Virus record (IMG/VR): IMGVR_UViG_3300046779_000859
Span: 1 to 35,495 of that record
Direction: 5' to 3' (one strand)
Length of the DNA stretch: 35,495 nucleotides
Origin: a virus
Taxonomy: Duplodnaviria > Caudoviricetes
Shown here: one piece after another, positions 19,568 to 27,591 of the stretch
Layout of the letters: each line of letters opens with the position of its first letter
How positions within the stretch are numbered: the stretch's first letter is position 1
Made by a program: the position numbers and the translations under genes
The notes under the pieces: model-generated
Database searches by the model: none
Told to the model about the DNA's origin: nothing
The model's input: only the letters and a program-made list of their open reading frames with translations

Positions 19568-21415
19568 TTAGTGATCCCTTAGCTGTACAAAGTTAGGAAT
19601 CAAAATGTTTGCCTTTGATTCATTTTCTGACTCATTGACATAATCAAAAGATAGGATGTAACTACCAATAGGCTTTGGAGGTCTACCCTTCTCAATGTGA
19701 TATCCAAATTCTCCATCTCCATATTCCTCTTTATAGGCGGCTGTCCTAATATGATGGACGTACTTGTGCTTAACTGAATATCCAGATCTTGGAGTGTGTT
19801 CCAATGATTCTTGAGAGTCAATAACATGATACAACTCGTGAACGTGACCCTGCCAAATACAATCAGCTCCAGATATCATTACACCCATACGGTTGTTTTG
19901 TATAACACCCTTTGTAACAGGTCCACCACCTCCAGAACCATGATAATACTTTACATTAAAAGCATGGTTAGAGTGGCTCTTATATCTCATCTGAAGTTTC
20001 CACCAACCGCCATATCCACCAGTGTGAATAGATGTCTTGTTCTTATAATTCATAAGATCAACAAATCTTTGGAGTGGATCAGTCTCTGTGTTTTTAATAA
20101 TTGCAGTGTTACCAGAGTACGCTACTTTACCATCAATTCTAGTAATAAAACATCCAGAAGGCATATTTAAACAATATACATCCCCATCATAATCTTCTCT
20201 TGTTATAGAAAGCTTCTTAGATTTTTTCAATTCCTCAGATATCAAAACCTTATATTGTTTCTTTCCGTTTTTAAAAGCACTAAGAGAGTCATGCTCTGAA
20301 TACTTACAATTCCAGCCATTGTTTACGCAGGCAGATTGAACAACGTCAACATTATGTTTATCCGTAGATGTCCAAAGCATACTAGACCCCGTGATATTCG
20401 CATCAGTGTTTCTAATAGCGTTAATCATAGCCAAGAACTCAGATTTGTTACAGTCTTTCAAATATGATGGTATTTTCTTCTCCCCATCAAGGTTTTGAAA
20501 TATTCTTCTTGCATCATCACCATAAATACGAATGTAATAAGGTTGCAACTTATTCAGCCCTGTCTTTTTACACTCAGTAAACGTATATTCAATACCATTA
20601 GCTTCTAATAACTCTTTAATATACTCAATCTTTCTCTCCTTTGAAAGCTTAAACTGAATACGAATCTTCTTGGAGTTCTCCTGGTATTTAGCATGATTAA
20701 CTATAGTAGCATCCATAACCACAGCGGTCAATAGCTCTACCCATTGCGGTATCCACTCAATATCGTCCTGTATCTTAACTCGACCATGAGGAAGGTCAGA
20801 TTCTGTTATTTTCTGACATTCAGATAACGCCATTAAATCTTCAGCGTTAATCTTCTCCATGTTGTTAAACATAACAGCGTGTTTTGAAGATACAATCTGC
20901 TTTGTGTAAGTTCCCTCAATGGTGTATAATGCATCCGCCTTTTTAGAAACAACAGCGTTTGGATTCTCATAATAAACATTATTTGAATCAAATGTCGCAA
21001 CTAAATCATCGGTTGTAACATCAGTTATTTTAACCCATCCTCTATCGGTAAGAACCTCCGTATCAGGGCGGTAGCATTCATGATTTCCATAACCAATCCA
21101 AGCAATGTTCTGAGCGTATGGACTCCACCAATCAACAGCCGATTCTATTACGGCGTCCAAATAATTGTGTACGTTATGCTCAGGTCTAATGTCCTTCTTG
21201 TTTCTTCGAGGATCCCACTTACCCTGCATTAAACAGAAAAAATCGCCATTAATAACGATTCCCATATCCTGCTCAATAGCCATGTCTAAATGTTTTTTTA
21301 GAATATCCCTTTTACATTTAGGGTTGTCCCAATGGATATCAGACATCATTAACCATTTTTTTTCAGATGAACACTCAGTAATCAGAATGTTTTTTCTGTG
21401 TTTTGTAGTTATCAT
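19568..21415 (-). CDS. Calcineurin-like metallophosphoesterase interrupted by an intein
   Basis: SDIHWD, NGDFF, GNHE, YYHG and GHVH motifs; extein 292 aa. Confidence 0.9.
   Translation of the reverse strand: MITTKHRKNILITECSSEKKWLMMSDIHWDNPKCKRDILKKHLDMAIEQDMGIVINGDFFCLMQGKWDPRRNKKDIRPEHNVHNYLDAVIESAVDWWSPYAQNIAWIGYGNHECYRPDTEVLTDRGWVKITDVTTDDLVATFDSNNVYYENPNAVVSKKADALYTIEGTYTKQIVSSKHAVMFNNMEKINAEDLMALSECQKITESDLPHGRVKIQDDIEWIPQWVELLTAVVMDATIVNHAKYQENSKKIRIQFKLSKERKIEYIKELLEANGIEYTFTECKKTGLNKLQPYYIRIYGDDARRIFQNLDGEKKIPSYLKDCNKSEFLAMINAIRNTDANITGSSMLWTSTDKHNVDVVQSACVNNGWNCKYSEHDSLSAFKNGKKQYKVLISEELKKSKKLSITREDYDGDVYCLNMPSGCFITRIDGKVAYSGNTAIIKNTETDPLQRFVDLMNYKNKTSIHTGGYGGWWKLQMRYKSHSNHAFNVKYYHGSGGGGPVTKGVIQNNRMGVMISGADCIWQGHVHELYHVIDSQESLEHTPRSGYSVKHKYVHHIRTAAYKEEYGDGEFGYHIEKGRPPKPIGSYILSFDYVNESENESKANILIPNFVQLRDH
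20108..21076 (-). mobile_element. Intein (323 aa) with a degenerate LAGLIDADG-type endonuclease domain
   Basis: Block A CYRPDTEVLTDRGW, block B VSSKH, blocks F/G YDGDVYCLNMPSGCFITR...SGN followed by +1 Thr; LTAVVMDA and INAIRNTDA resemble LAGLIDADG helices. Confidence 0.92.
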
Positions 21416-21735
21416 TAGTTGAATTTAAATTTACCAAGATCCTTGACGTATTTTCCGTATGCTATAGAAATCTCCTTAGCATTGCCCTTTATTATTATGT
21501 AGTTGTTTGTGATTAAGTAAAGCATGGCCCTTTTTTCAGAATATCCATTTTCACTTACATCATGTGATATATATGAAACATCATCCATTCTAACGTAGGA
21601 TGGAACCCACTGCATAGACTTTGAATCTGAAAATTCGCTGTCAGAAGAAACCTCCATAAGAACGTAGCAGTTCAAAAGACCATTTTCATCTACAAAGAAA
21701 TCTTTACTCATATTGGTAAATTTACTAAAGGTCAT
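21415..21735 (-). CDS. Hypothetical protein
   Basis: 106 aa; stop overlaps the next start. Confidence 0.7.
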   Translation of the reverse strand: MTFSKFTNMSKDFFVDENGLLNCYVLMEVSSDSEFSDSKSMQWVPSYVRMDDVSYISHDVSENGYSEKRAMLYLITNNYIIIKGNAKEISIAYGKYVKDLGKFKFN

Positions 21736-21759
21736 AACTACAACAGCAAAATTGTTAAT

Positions 21760-21790
21760 ATAAAAAATAAAAGGGGGCCGAAGCCCCCCT
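21760..21790 (-). terminator. Intrinsic terminator after ssb
   Basis: GGGGG-C(TTCG)G-CCCCC followed by TTTTATTTTTT. Confidence 0.9.
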
Positions 21791-21793
21791 CAA

Positions 21794-22147
21794 TTAAAAT
21801 GGTAAATCATCATCACCTTCTGATACCGCCTCCTGTTTAGGCGCTATCTTGCTACTCTTTTGCTGAGGAGCCGCCTCCTTAACTTCAATACCATACACGT
21901 TTAACGATGTATAGTATTTACCATTGTACTCTTTAGAGCGAATGTTGAACTTAATAGATGAAACATCTCCAAGTGTTGGTTTTGGAGTTGAGTCTAAAGA
22001 CTTTCCGCCTAAAGTAAACGCATAAACATCCTTGTAGGTTGTTCCGTTAACATCTCTTTCTGTCTCGACAACGAACTCAACGAAGTCGAATTGTCCTCGA
22101 GTCTGAAGCTCGCTGACTGCTACCACTTTTCCTGTAATATTAAACAT
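21794..22147 (-). CDS. ssb: Single-stranded DNA-binding protein (DUF3127-like)
   Basis: OB-fold pattern ITGKV...FNIRSKEYNGKYYTSL; acidic tail DDDLPF. Confidence 0.88.
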   Translation of the reverse strand: MFNITGKVVAVSELQTRGQFDFVEFVVETERDVNGTTYKDVYAFTLGGKSLDSTPKPTLGDVSSIKFNIRSKEYNGKYYTSLNVYGIEVKEAAPQQKSSKIAPKQEAVSEGDDDLPF

Positions 22148-22163
22148 TGTAATTAATTTTTAA

Positions 22164-22193
22164 CAAATATAAAACTTTATTCTACCGTGTCAA
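22164..22193 (-). promoter_or_regulatory. Bacteroidota housekeeping promoter, leftward
   Basis: TTG-N19-TATATTTG. Confidence 0.8.
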
Positions 22194-22231
22194 ATATTTT
22201 TTATTAACAAATAGGTTGTTGATACATTCTC

Positions 22232-22261
22232 TTGACTTTTTATTTCTTAATCGTATATTTG
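22232..22261 (+). promoter_or_regulatory. Bacteroidota housekeeping promoter, rightward
   Basis: TTG-N19-TATATTTG. Confidence 0.8.
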
Positions 22262-22263
22262 CC

Positions 22264-22366
22264 ATGTCGAAAGACGATTGGTGTAGCGGCCAATTAAGAA
22301 ATTTAAATAGCCCTGTGATTTAGGACGTGTCCGCTACCACTCCTAAGTTACGGGGTTTATTTTTTA
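22264..22366 (+). ncRNA. Structured leader/attenuator with kissing-loop complementarity upstream of the initiator gene
   Basis: Three hairpins; loop GTAGCGG (22283-89) is complementary to loop CCGCTAC (22331-37); the last stem is followed by a U-tract. Confidence 0.6.
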
Positions 22367-22382
22367 AAACTGTGAGTATTAT

Positions 22383-23159
22383 ATGAGTTTACATTCTTTT
22401 GAAGTTGAGCATGCAAGGAAGTATGGCTTAGCAGAAGCTGTGTTAATCAAAAACTTTAAGTTTTGGATTGAGCATAACATAGATCAAAAATATAACTTTA
22501 AAGATGGAAGGACCTGGACATATATATCGTTAAGGGAACTTGCTAAGAACTTTGACTATCTTTCAGAGAAGCAGGTTAGAACTGCTATTGATCATTTAGT
22601 TAATGAGGGTGTTATCCTAAAGGGCAACTACAACAAACTTGCTATTGACAAAACTTTATGGTATGCTTTTGTAAACGAAAGTGAGTTTGTAAAACCGTAT
22701 GACCTAATGGGAACTCCATTTGCCCAAATGGGCAAACCAGATGCCCAAGAGGGCGAAGCAATACCAGATACAATAAACATATACAGTAATACAAATAATA
22801 AGAAAGAAAATATAAAAAGAAAGAAAGTTGATTTTGAGCCGCCAACACTTGATGAAGTTAAAAGATACTTTATTGAAAATGGATACTCACCAATCAAAGG
22901 GGAGCAGGCATTCAACTACTACTCAAGTTCAAACTGGATGGATAAAAATAATAAGCCGGTTCTTAATTGGAAATTGAAAATGCAGATATGGTTCAAGCCT
23001 GAGGATAAGATAGATGTTTCCAAAATGGCTTTTGAAGTAGAGAATCCTGAGCAGTATGAAGGATACAACAAGTGGCTACACGTAGATGCTAAATACACAA
23101 AGTCACTTGACGATCAAAATATATGGAGATACAAAGCAAAACCAATCGGATTTAAATAA
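22383..23159 (+). CDS. Replication initiator / replisome organiser (lambda O-like architecture)
   Basis: N-terminal winged helix (YGLAEAVLI...WTYIS...LSEKQVRTAI), internal iteron linker, C-terminal FEPPTLDEV...FNYYSSSNW...NWK domain; upstream of the helicase. Confidence 0.8.
   Translation: MSLHSFEVEHARKYGLAEAVLIKNFKFWIEHNIDQKYNFKDGRTWTYISLRELAKNFDYLSEKQVRTAIDHLVNEGVILKGNYNKLAIDKTLWYAFVNESEFVKPYDLMGTPFAQMGKPDAQEGEAIPDTINIYSNTNNKKENIKRKKVDFEPPTLDEVKRYFIENGYSPIKGEQAFNYYSSSNWMDKNNKPVLNWKLKMQIWFKPEDKIDVSKMAFEVENPEQYEGYNKWLHVDAKYTKSLDDQNIWRYKAKPIGFK
22695..22830. promoter_or_regulatory. Putative replication origin: three 21-bp iterons plus A-rich tract
   Basis: CCGTATGACCTAATGGGAACT / CCATTTGCCCAAATGGGCAAA / CCAGATGCCCAAGAGGGCGAA in tandem at 22695-22757, then an A-rich run. 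Confidence 0.6.
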
Positions 23160-23160
23160 T

Positions 23161-23370
23161 ATGGAAAACGCAAAGCAAATGGCAATCAATCTTGTAGGCA
23201 GCCACTACAAAAAAATCACATCAATAGCAGATGATGATGCAGCATACAAACAGGCAAAGGAACACGCCCTGATAACATGCGATCTAATACTTGACAACAC
23301 AAACAACCTATTTGTACGAGAGAACTTTCTAATGTATCAAGAGGTATACGAGGAGATTAAAAAATTATGA
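23161..23370 (+). CDS. Small hypothetical protein (MTPKEKA...EVKQEI family)
   Basis: ATG at 23161 directly after the initiator stop; ends YQEVYEEIKKL. Confidence 0.7.
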   Translation: MENAKQMAINLVGSHYKKITSIADDDAAYKQAKEHALITCDLILDNTNNLFVRENFLMYQEVYEEIKKL

Positions 23371-23585
23371 CAACACCGAGACAAAAGGCTATTGAACTAA
23401 TTAGTAGATTAGGATTTCAAAGCGCTAAGTTGGTAGCCTCCAACATGTCCTATGAGTTAGGATTATTAGCATTAACAGCAGACACAAAAGAACATTCTGA
23501 TGAAATTAAAGACAGAAGATTCTATTGGGACACAGTATTTGACATAATCAAAAAGGAATGGCATCAGAGAAAATTATCAATTTAG
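23367..23585 (+). CDS. Small hypothetical protein (same family)
   Basis: MTTPRQKAIELI...YWDTV; ATGA overlap. Confidence 0.7.
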   Translation: MTTPRQKAIELISRLGFQSAKLVASNMSYELGLLALTADTKEHSDEIKDRRFYWDTVFDIIKKEWHQRKLSI

Positions 23586-25273
23586 AAAATAGAAAGACCT
23601 ACATCGTAAACGCAGATCGTGTAGGTGAAAATTCTATGTCTTGTCCTGTATGTTCTCAGGATAGAAAGAAGAAGGATGTTAAATGCATGTCTTTCAATAC
23701 AATAGAGGGTGTTGGTAAGTGTAATCATTGCGGCGCCAGATTTGTTAGGAAGAATGAGGACAGAGAGACCCCAAGATACGTGAGACCCGTTCCTCAATCA
23801 AATGTGACATGCCTTCCAGACCGACTTGTTGAGTGGTTCAAGGACAGGGGTATATCCTCATCTACATTAATCGACTTCAAGATTACACACGGCAGACAGT
23901 TCTTCCCACAAGTATCAAAGGAGCGTAACTGCATAAACTTTAACTACTTCAGAAACGAGGACCTAATCAACGTGAAATATCGTGATGCTGAAAAGAACTT
24001 CCGTCTTGTAAAGGATGCCGAATTAATTCTATACAACCTTGACAGCATAGATCACAAGTACGTGGTAATCACAGAGGGTGAAATAGATGCAATGTCCTAC
24101 CACGAGGTTGGTGTTAAATCAGTAGTGTCCGTTCCAAATGGGGCGTCAAAAAACAACCGTCTACAATATATTGACAACTGTATTGACGAACTTGACAAGG
24201 TGGAAAAGATATACATAGCAACTGACGATGATGAGCCAGGTAGAGTCCTTCAAGAGGAGATAGCAAGACGTTTGGGGAAGGAGAGGTGTAGGCGTGTGTC
24301 ATTCTTTGGAAAAAAGGATGCTAACGAACTTCTCATAGCCGACCCTTTGATGCTACCTAAGACATTGGAAGCCGCAGAAGAATACCCACTTGAAGGCGTA
24401 GTAACAGTAGATAATCTATCAGAGGATATATGGAGGCTTAGAAGGGATGGACTAAAGAGGGGTTGCGATATATCTATAAGTGAGTTTAATGACCTGCTAA
24501 CCTTTGTTCCAGGATATGTCACAGGAGTTACAGGCATACCGAACCATGGTAAGTCGGAGTTCCTCGATCAGATTATAGTTGACCTATCCGTAAAGCATGA
24601 TTGGAGATTTGGAATATTCTCACCTGAGAACTACCCACTTCAACTGCACTTTGCAAAGCTTGCCAGTAAGCTGCTCGGAGTTAGTTTTAATGAGACGAAT
24701 GATGCTCAAATTATATCCGCCATGAACTACTGCCGTGATAACTTCTTCTACATCGTGCCTGAAGAGGACAATAGCCTCGATTCAATAATAGAGCATGCAA
24801 AGAACCTCGTTAAGAGGTACGGCATAAATGCAATCGTAATAGACGCCTGGAATAAGCTTGACCACAACTACGTCGGCACAGAGACACAACACATTTCAAA
24901 GGAGCTTGATAAACTAATATCATTCTGCCGTAAGTATAGCGTACACGCCTTTGTAGTAGCCCACCCAACTAAAATGTCAAGAGATCCAAAGACACAAGCC
25001 TACAACGTAGCAACACTATATGATATGGCTGGTAGTGCCCACTTCTATAATAAGATGGATAACGGTATATCCGTATACCGAGAGTTCTTCCCCGATGGAT
25101 CGTCACAGCCGCAAATCTATGTTCAGAAGGTTAAGTTCAAACACTGGGGGCAACAGGGTAGCGTTACACTACAATACGATGTCCCAACAGGTAGATATTA
25201 TTTTTTTGGAAAGAGGGATAGAAGTTCTTATATTAGCAACGAATTTATCCACAAACAGGAATTAGATCTATGA
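23558..25273 (+). CDS. Bifunctional primase-helicase (T7 gp4/Twinkle-like)
   Basis: Zn finger CPVC...CNHC, TOPRIM EGEIDA and TDDD, Walker A GIPNHGKS, Walker B VIDAW, VAHPTK. Confidence 0.95.
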   Translation: MASEKIINLENRKTYIVNADRVGENSMSCPVCSQDRKKKDVKCMSFNTIEGVGKCNHCGARFVRKNEDRETPRYVRPVPQSNVTCLPDRLVEWFKDRGISSSTLIDFKITHGRQFFPQVSKERNCINFNYFRNEDLINVKYRDAEKNFRLVKDAELILYNLDSIDHKYVVITEGEIDAMSYHEVGVKSVVSVPNGASKNNRLQYIDNCIDELDKVEKIYIATDDDEPGRVLQEEIARRLGKERCRRVSFFGKKDANELLIADPLMLPKTLEAAEEYPLEGVVTVDNLSEDIWRLRRDGLKRGCDISISEFNDLLTFVPGYVTGVTGIPNHGKSEFLDQIIVDLSVKHDWRFGIFSPENYPLQLHFAKLASKLLGVSFNETNDAQIISAMNYCRDNFFYIVPEEDNSLDSIIEHAKNLVKRYGINAIVIDAWNKLDHNYVGTETQHISKELDKLISFCRKYSVHAFVVAHPTKMSRDPKTQAYNVATLYDMAGSAHFYNKMDNGISVYREFFPDGSSQPQIYVQKVKFKHWGQQGSVTLQYDVPTGRYYFFGKRDRSSYISNEFIHKQELDL

Positions 25274-25803
25274 TTAAGGAGCTGACATCAATGGTTAAAC
25301 CACACATGGTAAACCAATTCTTAGAAACAATCATCAATAACGAATACGATAAAATAAAAGACGAAGCTATGGAAATGCTTGAGGAGATACGCTGCAATAT
25401 AGATGTTAAGCTGCATATCAAAAGATTTATGGAGGTGACTCTATCATGTTGTGCTGATGCATTTGGAACGACTGCCGATGAGATTCGCAGCCGCAATAGA
25501 CGAAGCCACATAATAGACGCAAAGAGAGCCTACATGTGGATCGTAAAGGTGTCAACAGGATGCACGCATAGATTCATAAGTGACAACTTAGAGATGCACC
25601 ACTCATCAGTTATACACCACCTCAATACAGTAGAGGCGTATCTAATGTATAACCCCGACTTTAAAACAAAGCTCAACTCTATCGTAACCGACTTAAAACG
25701 AGTTGGATACACAGAACCATCAGAGCAATTTGTTAATCATGTTAATAAAGCGGAGCAAAGAAAGAGAAGAAATAGAGACCGGATAAATAAGAATAGGTTG
25801 TAG
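25270..25803 (+). CDS. DnaA C-terminal (domain IV)-like HTH protein
   Basis: FGTTADEIRSRNRRSHIIDAKRAYMW...HHSSVIH resembles DnaA domain IV (S-x-x-R...R-x-x-x-MY...DHTTV). Confidence 0.75.
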   Translation: MIKELTSMVKPHMVNQFLETIINNEYDKIKDEAMEMLEEIRCNIDVKLHIKRFMEVTLSCCADAFGTTADEIRSRNRRSHIIDAKRAYMWIVKVSTGCTHRFISDNLEMHHSSVIHHLNTVEAYLMYNPDFKTKLNSIVTDLKRVGYTEPSEQFVNHVNKAEQRKRRNRDRINKNRL

Positions 25804-25830
25804 ATTTGTAGGCTCTAAAAACCTACAGTC

Positions 25831-25983
25831 ATGGATATAAACAACCTAAATTTTCTTAAATCACAAATCAAAGCATTTCACCCAAATTGGTCGGAGCAAC
25901 AGGTAGAAATGGAAGCCATCAGAATTATAAACTCCCCAGACGATGAGGAGGATGAAGAGGACTGTCTATACTGCGGTTCATAA
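25831..25983 (+). CDS. 50-aa protein with acidic CxxC tail
   Basis: Absent from the track; my translation is MDINNLNFLKSQIKAFHPNWSEQQVEMEAIRIINSPDDEEDEEDCLYCGS. Confidence 0.7.
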   Translation: MDINNLNFLKSQIKAFHPNWSEQQVEMEAIRIINSPDDEEDEEDCLYCGS

Positions 25984-26011
25984 CGTGTTATTATTTTTTA
26001 TTTAAAAGTTG

Positions 26012-26056
26012 TTGCACTTTTGTAAAAGTTATTATACATTTGCTGAAGTTCTTTGA
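26012..26056 (+). promoter_or_regulatory. Bacteroidota promoter followed by a boxA-like element
   Basis: TTG-N20-TACATTTG (26012-26042); GTTCTTTGA at 26048-26056. Confidence 0.7.
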
Positions 26057-26071
26057 TTAATTAAAAAAATT

Positions 26072-26218
26072 AGCTCCGTTGGCCAGGAGATCGTAAAACA
26101 CAGTAAGCCTCTTGACAATGCTCAAAGTAACTGTTCTCATCGTATAGGAGATAGAGTTAGCCTTCTCGACGTCGTTTAAAAAGGCTGACAGCTGGAAAGA
26201 CAGCCACCTTCGGGTGTA
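26072..26218 (+). ncRNA. Candidate multi-hairpin structured RNA
   Basis: Consecutive stems CTCC/GGAG, ACAGT/ACTGT, TCTC/GAGA, GTTAGCCTT/AAGGCTGAC, GCTG/CAGC and CACC-TTCG-GGTG. Confidence 0.5.
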
Positions 26219-26236
26219 ACATTTAAAATAAACGCA

Positions 26237-26623
26237 ATGAGTAAAAAGTACACGATTGAATTGTCAGAAGATCAAATGAGATTGATTGCAGACTGCATGG
26301 ATGACGTATCTCGATTTGCCTCTGGACAATGGCAGTTAAGACAGACTATTGAAGCAATGGTGGAAGGGTTGCCATTTGATGAGCAGATTAAAAGACGTAA
26401 TGAAGCTGAGGAGTTGCTAAGACAGGCTAAAAGAGTTCTTCTCCCTGACTTTGTAGACAATCAAAGCTATGGATACAACAGCACCGAGTTCATTGGAAAC
26501 TGCTATCAAATTTCTAGGACTATAATGTACCGACTAGCAATAGACAACGACTGGAACAATGTCTATTCCTCTCCAGCCTTAGAAAGTGGAACTATGGGGA
26601 CGATTAAGATTGAGCAGATATGA
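26237..26623 (+). CDS. Hypothetical protein
   Basis: 128 aa, ATG start, A-rich leader. Confidence 0.75.
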   Translation: MSKKYTIELSEDQMRLIADCMDDVSRFASGQWQLRQTIEAMVEGLPFDEQIKRRNEAEELLRQAKRVLLPDFVDNQSYGYNSTEFIGNCYQISRTIMYRLAIDNDWNNVYSSPALESGTMGTIKIEQI

Positions 26624-26838
26624 GTAGCAAAAAGCAAACCTCGGTAGACACCCTATTTGAAAGACTATGGGACACACCAAAAGACAAGTGGGAATGGAAC
26701 GCTGTACTCAAGGAGGTAAGAGAGATGCATAAGCAGGAGATGAAAGATTTGTATCTTGCTCATGTGACCAAAGCTCCTCGTTTGAGAGAAATCTTCGAGA
26801 AGCAATTTGAGGAATACTACACGAATACATTTGAGTAA
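26620..26838 (+). CDS. Small hypothetical protein (KQTAVEWL family)
   Basis: KKQTSV...EMHKQE...FEEYYTNTF; paralogue of 27093-27326. Confidence 0.7.
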   Translation: MSSKKQTSVDTLFERLWDTPKDKWEWNAVLKEVREMHKQEMKDLYLAHVTKAPRLREIFEKQFEEYYTNTFE

Positions 26839-26840
26839 TC

Positions 26841-27080
26841 ATGACACCAAAAGAAAAAGCATTAGACTTATTTTCTACATTCAGATTTGCTATATCATTT
26901 CCTAATAATCCACTTGGTGAGGATAAAGATAGAGTAGCAAAGATATGCGCATCTATGGCAGTGGCTGAAATAGAAGAAGCACTTGTGGATTATGGTAGAG
27001 GGGATTCGCTTCAACTTCAAAACATGGATTCTGAATTTAGATTTTGGGAGCAAGTAAAACAAGAAATAGAAAACCTTTAA
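26841..27080 (+). CDS. Small hypothetical protein (MTPKEKA family)
   Basis: MTPKEKALDL...AKICA...FWEQVKQEIENL. Confidence 0.75.
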   Translation: MTPKEKALDLFSTFRFAISFPNNPLGEDKDRVAKICASMAVAEIEEALVDYGRGDSLQLQNMDSEFRFWEQVKQEIENL

Positions 27081-27092
27081 AACTAAATAACT

Positions 27093-27326
27093 ATGGAAAA
27101 GAAACAAACTGCGGTTGAATGGTTAGCTGAACAATTAGTGCCAAAGGCTATGCTTACCTATGATGCTATAACTTATAATGCTATTCAACAAGCCAAGCAA
27201 ATGGAGAAGGAGCAACATTTTGAATCATATAGACAAGGTAACGTCTTCTTAGACTCTGACTCACTTAACTTTAAAGGTAGTTTTGATGAATACTACAACG
27301 AAACATACGGAGGTAACAATGAGTAA
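27093..27326 (+). CDS. Small hypothetical protein (KQTAVEWL family)
   Basis: KKQTAVEWL...QAKQMEKEQ...DEYYNETYG. Confidence 0.75.
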   Translation: MEKKQTAVEWLAEQLVPKAMLTYDAITYNAIQQAKQMEKEQHFESYRQGNVFLDSDSLNFKGSFDEYYNETYGGNNE

Positions 27327-27591
27327 TTGGATAAGCGTAAAAGAGGCACTGCCAAAATCTATAAATGATGAGTATTATTATAGCGAAAATGTTTGGGTGC
27401 TTTGCGACAATGAGGTAATGGTAATGAGATTGGTCTTAATACAAGATGATGATGGAGATTGGGCTTGGTTATGGGCAAATTGCTATGGAAATGTTTTTGG
27501 AGATGGTAAAGTGGATGATGATTACGAAGTAACACATTGGATGCCATTAGAAATTCCACAAAATTTAGGAGGTCAAGATGAAAACCCGTAA
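27319..27591 (+). CDS. DUF551-like protein
   Basis: MSNWISVKEALP...VTHWMPL; start moved to ATG 27319. Confidence 0.8.
   Translation: MSNWISVKEALPKSINDEYYYSENVWVLCDNEVMVMRLVLIQDDDGDWAWLWANCYGNVFGDGKVDDDYEVTHWMPLEIPQNLGGQDENP

Noticed and set aside
2514-25712. Short antisense or out-of-frame ORFs nested in large genes (e.g. 16257-16820, 14558-14899, 19811-20170)
   Set aside because: Shadow frames of well-supported genes with no recognisable motifs
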